A DNA stretch of 62,634 bases, counting the filler. It is 10 parts of 10 records of this genome, joined end to end, with 100 filler letters (N's around TTAATTAATTAA, not from the genome) between each part and the next. Parts side by side here need not be neighbours in the genome. Positions count along the whole stretch, not along the records: positions 49,784 to 62,634 come from SRR7504441_14629; 9 more parts are not named here. One strand, 5' to 3'. The notes beneath the pieces are model-generated. The model searched no databases. It was not told where the DNA came from and saw only the letters and a list, made by a program, of their open reading frames with translations. The translations under genes were made by a program, and so were the position numbers. Every line of letters starts with the position of its first letter. Position 1 is the first letter of the stretch. Positions 57,498-62,634 of this stretch are shown piece after piece.

Positions 57498-59368
57498 ATG
57501 CGGCGGCTCTGGCTGGTGGCAGTGGCGTTGGCGCTGGGATGGGCGGACGGGGCCCGGGCCAACAAGGCGCGGTACTACCGGCCGAGCGCCGAGGAGTTCG
57601 ACCAGGACAAGGAGTTCATCAGGTCCAAGATCGGGATCAGTTCCGAGGCGGGCGGGCGGGCCGAGCCGAGCGAGCGGCCGGCAGGTGCCGGACCGGTTGG
57701 CCAAAGTGTCGCGGGAGACTTTCGCCGAGTACTTCCAGGCGGGCAAGCCGCTGATCGTGACCGACCTGGCCGAGGACTGGCCGATGCGCAACTGGACCTG
57801 CAGCTCGGTGGCTGACGAGTTCGCGGACGAGACGGTGCGGGCGCTCGGGGCAGCGAGGGAGGCGGGACAGGTGATGGTGTGGAGCTACCAGGAAGGCTCC
57901 CGGCAGCCCAAGCACTACAAGCTGCGCGACACAAAGCGCTGGCAGTCGGTCCGGATGCGGCAGGAACCCACCGACGACCCGGCGGCCCCGGAGCTGCTCT
58001 CTTTCCACTGGTATCCGGTGCAGATGGGCTTCGAGGGCGACGCCGACGAGGATCGGCTGAACGACGGGGACGACTACCACTCTACCCTGGCCTCGCCCAA
58101 GGTGATTGCGGGTCTGGCCACCGGACGAGTCGGGCACAGGCGCGGAGGAAGATTAAGAGTTCTTACAAGATGCCGTATTTCATAGAGCAGAACCCTATGA
58201 ACCTGGAGTTCACCAAGGAGCGGATAGAGGTGCCCCCCGGTCCGCGCCCGCTGCCAGCCGATGGCAGTTCTTCCTAGGGATGCCAGGCTCCGGTGCTGCG
58301 GTGCACGCCGACGCCGTATGCGAGGCCATCTTCTCTGTGCAACTCTCAGGTGGCGGCCGGCCTGTGACTGGCCCACCCGGTGCAGGCACCAAGCAGTGGC
58401 GTCTGTCCCCGCTGCCGCCCTACACGCACGCCACCCAGCGCCCGGGCAAAATGAACCAGCCGAACGGTGCTGGCTCTGGCCAGGCCGGCATCTGACAGCT
58501 GGCAGGTCGCGAGTGGCAGCCTAGCTACACCTTCGAGCTGCAGCCGGGCGAAGCCATCTTCTTCCCGCCCTCCTTCATGCACGAGACCCGTGCGAGCGCC
58601 TTCGCCGACTGAGCTGATTAACAAGACAGGCAACACTGGGGACGTGTGTGCTCTGTCAGCCTCCCTCCAGATCCGGTGGCCGCCCAGCCCCGGGCCGGGG
58701 TAAGTGTGGGGGCAGGTATCCGTTCCCGGTGGGCCACATCCGAGATTTCTCGCAGCGGCTGCTCAACTCGGTGCAACCATTGGTGCGTTGATTGCCGATG
58801 TTTGTCTGCAGCAAGAGGTGAGCTTCTGCTTTGAACACTGGGCCCCTTTCGTGACGGGGCACAAGGACGGAGTGCGCGAGATGTACCGCCAGATCTACAA
58901 GTGCCGCCAGCCCGCGCCCCGCTCATCCGGCGGCAGGGGAGGCAGCCCGGAGCAGGTCGCGGGAGCCTTCTTTGATGAGATAGACGCTAATGGTGACGGA
59001 CTGGCTAGTCAGCGCGAGAAGGAGAAGCACTTTGACGGTGTGATTCGTGAGCACCGGGGGCAAGTAGAGTTCATGGCGAGACAGGCGGGCAGTGCGGCCG
59101 GCGGGGCTGAGCTGTGCGGCAGGAGGCGGACGATTGGTTTGTGTTCAATGATGTCAACAGAGACGGCAAAGTGAGCAGGGACGAGTACGTAGAGCTGCAG
59201 CTTCAGATCCAACGGAACTACTCGACGGCGATTGACCAGGGCGCGTGCGACGAGGACGGCTGCCACGCGCACGTGAAGCAGAACGTACTGGCGGCCAAGA
59301 TGAACGGGATTGAGTCAGCGTTCGTATCGAATAATATTTACAACGACCAAGGATACGACGAGATGTAG
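57498..59368 (+). CDS. Secretory-pathway JmjC/cupin protein with two EF-hands
   Basis: Signal peptide MRRLWLVAVALALG; GKPLIVTD..WP..W, GSGAAVHAD..SVQLSG|TKQWRL, LQPGEAIFFPPSFMHET; DANGDGLA, DVNRDGKVSRDEY; ends GYDEM*. Confidence 0.8.
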
Positions 59369-59444
59369 CCGCGACAAAGCGTGCAATGCAGTTGGCGATA
59401 GTATACATACAAAGCCCTCCGGGTTTATTGTAATATCGTTTCGG

Positions 59445-60665
59445 CTAGGCCCCGATCTCGCACTGCGGAGCAGCCAGGCTTCCCGCCTCGGCCTCTGGCA
59501 AGAACAACTCGACCATTTGAAGCAGCCAACTCAGCCGCCGCAGGCTCCGCCTATACTCTCCCTGGTTCGGGTCCACCGGCTGCGCGCTCGCCCGCTCGGC
59601 CACCTTCTCCGGGGTCTCCCCGGGCAGCTTGTAGCTGATCGCCCACCTCATATAGTCCAAGGTGGCCAGCTTGAATAGCCGAACTGTCTCGCCAAAGCCC
59701 CACTTCCTAGCTTGGCGGAGCTCATCGGAGAGCGCCGCCACAAACCGTTGGTGGTACTCGCGCAGGGTCTGCTCCCAGTTGTCGCAGCAGTCGTCCGAGG
59801 CGGCGGTGGCCAAGAAATAGATCAGATCTTGCCCCGGAACATTCCAGCCGGTCCACTGCCAATCTATCACACACACAAGCTCGGTCCCGGGCTGCACGAA
59901 GATGTTCCCGGCCTTGAAATCCCCGTGCGACAGCGTCTGCCAGCCCGCCTCTCCGATCAGCCGATCCACCTCCACTGCCACGCTGTGAAGCCGTTCACCC
60001 AACCGCTCAGACGGCAGCCGAAACAGCTCTGGACTGGCGGAGCTGAACGCATCCCGGAAGCGCGCGTACCCGGCCGGCAGCCCGTCGAGCTCGCCGGCCG
60101 GCCGGTTGGGCAGCGCGGTGTGCCCCCCGTGCGCCCAGAGCTCTAGAGCGGCCCGGTCCTCAGCCAGCTCGAAGCCGAACGCGTGGAACCGAGCGAGCCA
60201 TCCGAGCGAGGCCAGGCTGAGCGGGCGGTCGAAGGCGGGCATCTGCGCGAACTCGGGCGTGGCCGCCTCCATCACCAACAGCAGCCTGAACGGCTCCGGC
60301 TCTGTCTCCGCCAAGTACAGCGCCGGGATCCGCACACCAGCCGCGGCCAGCCGCCCGGCGAGTCCACGCAGGAATGCGGCCTCGTTAGTGTACGAGCGGA
60401 TAGTCCGGAGCCGCTTGGGCTCGGGCACACCGGCCAGGGCCTCGGAGGGGTCCACATACTTGATTAGTGCGCTGGGAGGCCCCGGGCGGTCGGGCGGCCA
60501 CTGGAGGGCCAGCTGGGCGATGAGTGCGCCGGAGTAGCCCATCTTGATCACTGGGCCCGCCAACGAGGCGGAGGCCACTCCCGGGAAGAGCGGGGCCACC
60601 AGTTCCTGCGGGGTCACCGTCAACTCGCCCGGCGGCACCCGCGAGAGCAGCGTCGGCTCTGCCAT
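59445..60665 (-). CDS. Aminoglycoside/choline/ecdysteroid kinase-like phosphotransferase, intronless
   Basis: SYTNEAAF, WLARFHA, TLSHGDFKAGNIF, VIDWQW, QDLIYF; start taken at MAEPTLL. Confidence 0.85.
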   Translation of the reverse strand: MAEPTLLSRVPPGELTVTPQELVAPLFPGVASASLAGPVIKMGYSGALIAQLALQWPPDRPGPPSALIKYVDPSEALAGVPEPKRLRTIRSYTNEAAFLRGLAGRLAAAGVRIPALYLAETEPEPFRLLLVMEAATPEFAQMPAFDRPLSLASLGWLARFHAFGFELAEDRAALELWAHGGHTALPNRPAGELDGLPAGYARFRDAFSSASPELFRLPSERLGERLHSVAVEVDRLIGEAGWQTLSHGDFKAGNIFVQPGTELVCVIDWQWTGWNVPGQDLIYFLATAASDDCCDNWEQTLREYHQRFVAALSDELRQARKWGFGETVRLFKLATLDYMRWAISYKLPGETPEKVAERASAQPVDPNQGEYRRSLRRLSWLLQMVELFLPEAEAGSLAAPQCEIGA

Positions 60666-60756
60666 CTTGTTGAAGTCCGTTATGATGGCTGTTGGGTGGG
60701 ATTCCTCCAAATGTCGTGCACGGGAGGTTGCTGTTGGCAGCTCCTCGGGCGGCATC

Positions 60757-61630
60757 ATGGTTGGCACCGAGGTAGAGCGGGACTGACCGGTCGGCGGCAG
60801 GGAAGGCTGGTCTGTCATCACTCAAACTTCCAAGGCTTCTGCGGCAAATGCTCGGCCGACGGCCGGAACTGCGTGTATCTCGAAGACTATCAGACCGTGG
60901 TATGCCACCACATGAGCTTCAAGGGCTGCTGCGGCAAGTGTGTGGTATGCGGCGACTCGGCCGGGGCTGAACGGGCACCGGCAGGTTGACGGTGGCAACT
61001 GCAGGATCGTTGACAAAGCAACCTGCGCTCCCTGCGCCCCGACGTACGGCGGCAGCACCACCACCTACGCCCCGCCTCCGCCGGCCCCGACGCCGTGCTT
61101 TGGAGGGAGCAGCTCTTACACCCAGTCCTCCACCACGTACGGACCCGGCGGCTCGACCACGACCTATACCACGTCTTACGGAGGGGCCCCGCCTCCACCC
61201 CCACCGCAAGTCAACTACGGCCAGCCCCAGCCAGCATATGGGCAGCCGCAGCCAGCATATGGGCAGCCGCAGTACGCAGCTCCGAACATGAACTGCAACA
61301 ACTGCGTTAATTGCACCGGATCGCGGTACTGCAACGGTATCAGTCGAGGCTGGTACAGCCGTCTGACCGGGGGGCAGGCTGCACTGGGTGCACCAACTGC
61401 AACGGCTGCACTGGCTGCACCAACTGCACAAACTGCACCGGTGCGGCCGGGCAAGGGCCGTCTGACCGGGGGCAGGGTGCACTGGGTGTGTCAACTGCCA
61501 CGGGCTGAGCAATGCGAGCAACCAAGTCAACGTGGGCCAGCCGAGCTACAGCCAGCCGCAGCCGAGCTATGGCCAGCCACAGCCAGTGTACAACAGCGGT
61601 TACGGTACAACCTACCAGGGGCAATATTGA
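60757..61630 (+). CDS. Cys-rich and Pro/Gln/Tyr-rich protein with CxxC triplet repeats
   Basis: M|GRLVCHHSNFQGFCGKC..VCHHMSFKGCCGKCV|..YGQPQPA repeats..NCNNCVNCTGSRYCN|GCTGCTNCNGCTGCTNCTNCT|GCTGCVNC; four 35-41-nt introns give one frame. Confidence 0.75.
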
Positions 61631-61818
61631 ATCGGGATCTGCGTACAAATCTAGGTCGCACAATCATACGAGCACGTACCTCAGTCCATAGGTACCGCTA
61701 TCAAAGCACGGTAAAGCCTCGGAGCCCCCGGTATACCTACAGACTGGTATGCAATGCATAGACTTTCATTAAATCTAGTCTAAACCCAACCGGTATTTTC
61801 TAAACACAAATAGTACTT

Positions 61819-62505
61819 TCACGTCAGACAGTCTACTTGCCCCGTGTTCCGGTGAGCGATGTAGTCAATCACAACGTTCCAGCAAAGGTTGGCCAGTGCC
61901 ATCGCCCGCACCCGGCCGGCCGGCTTAACCAGCCTGAAGTTCACCCACATGAACGGCAGCCAAAAGCCGGTCCCCATGGTGTAGGCCTCCCACCACTCCC
62001 GGCGCAAGTTGGCACCCGCCCGCTCAAGGCTGCCCCCTGATAGCAGCTCCACCCCGTAAAAGTAGCTCGGGGTGTAGATCAGCCCGACGTGCCCATTGTC
62101 CAGCACAGCACAGCCCAGCGCGTGCCATCCTGTGTCCAGCGTGGCCATCCGTCGCCACCCGGCCGCCCCGGCAGCGGCCTTCACTAGGTGCGGGTAGACT
62201 CTAAAGAGCCAGTGCAGGAACCCACCCACGTACAGTGTGCTGAAGGCGGTGACCCCGAACACCCGGTTCCAGTCCAGCCGCCCCCGGCCGCCCAGTTCGA
62301 TGTACTGACAGGCGAGGTCGCCGGCCAAGCCCAACCCCGTCGCCGCCGCCATGTCCTGGGCCAGCGCGCGCTTGCACAGAGGCAGCACCGGCACCGGCAG
62401 ACCGGCGGCGCATAACCGGCCGCCGAGCGGCACCAGCCTGGAGCGCAGCAGCCCAGCCCGGCGGCTCACGCCGAGCATTTTCCGGTGGTGCACGCGTTGA
62501 CTCAT
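61819..62505 (-). CDS. Mpv17/PMP22 family membrane protein with Arg-rich presequence
   Basis: GLAGDLACQ..LDWNR..LHWLF..FWLPFMWVNFRLVKP..RV..ANLCWN. Confidence 0.85.
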   Translation of the reverse strand: MSQRVHHRKMLGVSRRAGLLRSRLVPLGGRLCAAGLPVPVLPLCKRALAQDMAAATGLGLAGDLACQYIELGGRGRLDWNRVFGVTAFSTLYVGGFLHWLFRVYPHLVKAAAGAAGWRRMATLDTGWHALGCAVLDNGHVGLIYTPSYFYGVELLSGGSLERAGANLRREWWEAYTMGTGFWLPFMWVNFRLVKPAGRVRAMALANLCWNVVIDYIAHRNTGQVDCLT

Positions 62506-62634
62506 CAGATCAATGTCCGTTATTATTCCGACCTAAAAACAAGATAGGGAGGGAGGGCGCTGAGCGGCACAACTTGGCATGGATAGCTTGGTGAGCCCCG
62601 TGGCCGAGCTGCATCTGGCCCGGCCAGGCACCGC

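Noticed and set aside
1-62634. Alternative genetic code, selenocysteine or programmed frameshifts explaining broken ORFs
   Set aside because: Every break I checked in conserved genes is resolved by a GT/GC-AG intron, and TAA, TAG and TGA all occur as normal stops.

Overview
This is eukaryotic DNA, a draft assembly of a GC-rich, very gene-dense protist; I cannot place the taxon from sequence alone. Ten unrelated contigs are joined by artificial 100-nt linkers (N44-TTAATTAATTAA-N44), so adjacency across a linker has no biological meaning. About 40 protein-coding genes or gene parts are readable in the standard code. They include MMTAG2-like, a P4-ATPase flippase, Cwc2, a CAMK-group kinase, KIN17, TMEM184, RRP1/Nop52, a processive GT2, a CaiB/BaiF CoA-transferase, RPS19, a sorting nexin, CWF19L1-like, ACBP, VPS13, QSOX, a JmjC protein and Mpv17. 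Most are split by very short (~35-45 nt), T-poor introns with frequent GC donors, so most entries in the supplied ORF track are partial exons or antisense shadows. I found no rRNA, tRNA, CRISPR array or transposase. The main anomalies are: (1) an ATP-grasp-like gene at 49.8-51.2 kb whose middle, intron-containing exons lie on the opposite strand from its start and end; (2) a TTLL6-like gene at 24.5-25.3 kb that looks internally deleted and shuffled; (3) head-to-head gene pairs with only 23-37 nt between start codons; (4) several unusual domain fusions. Anomalies (1) and (2) could be real rearrangement or trans-splicing, but amplification or assembly chimeras must be excluded first. Exon boundaries were read by eye and are approximate.
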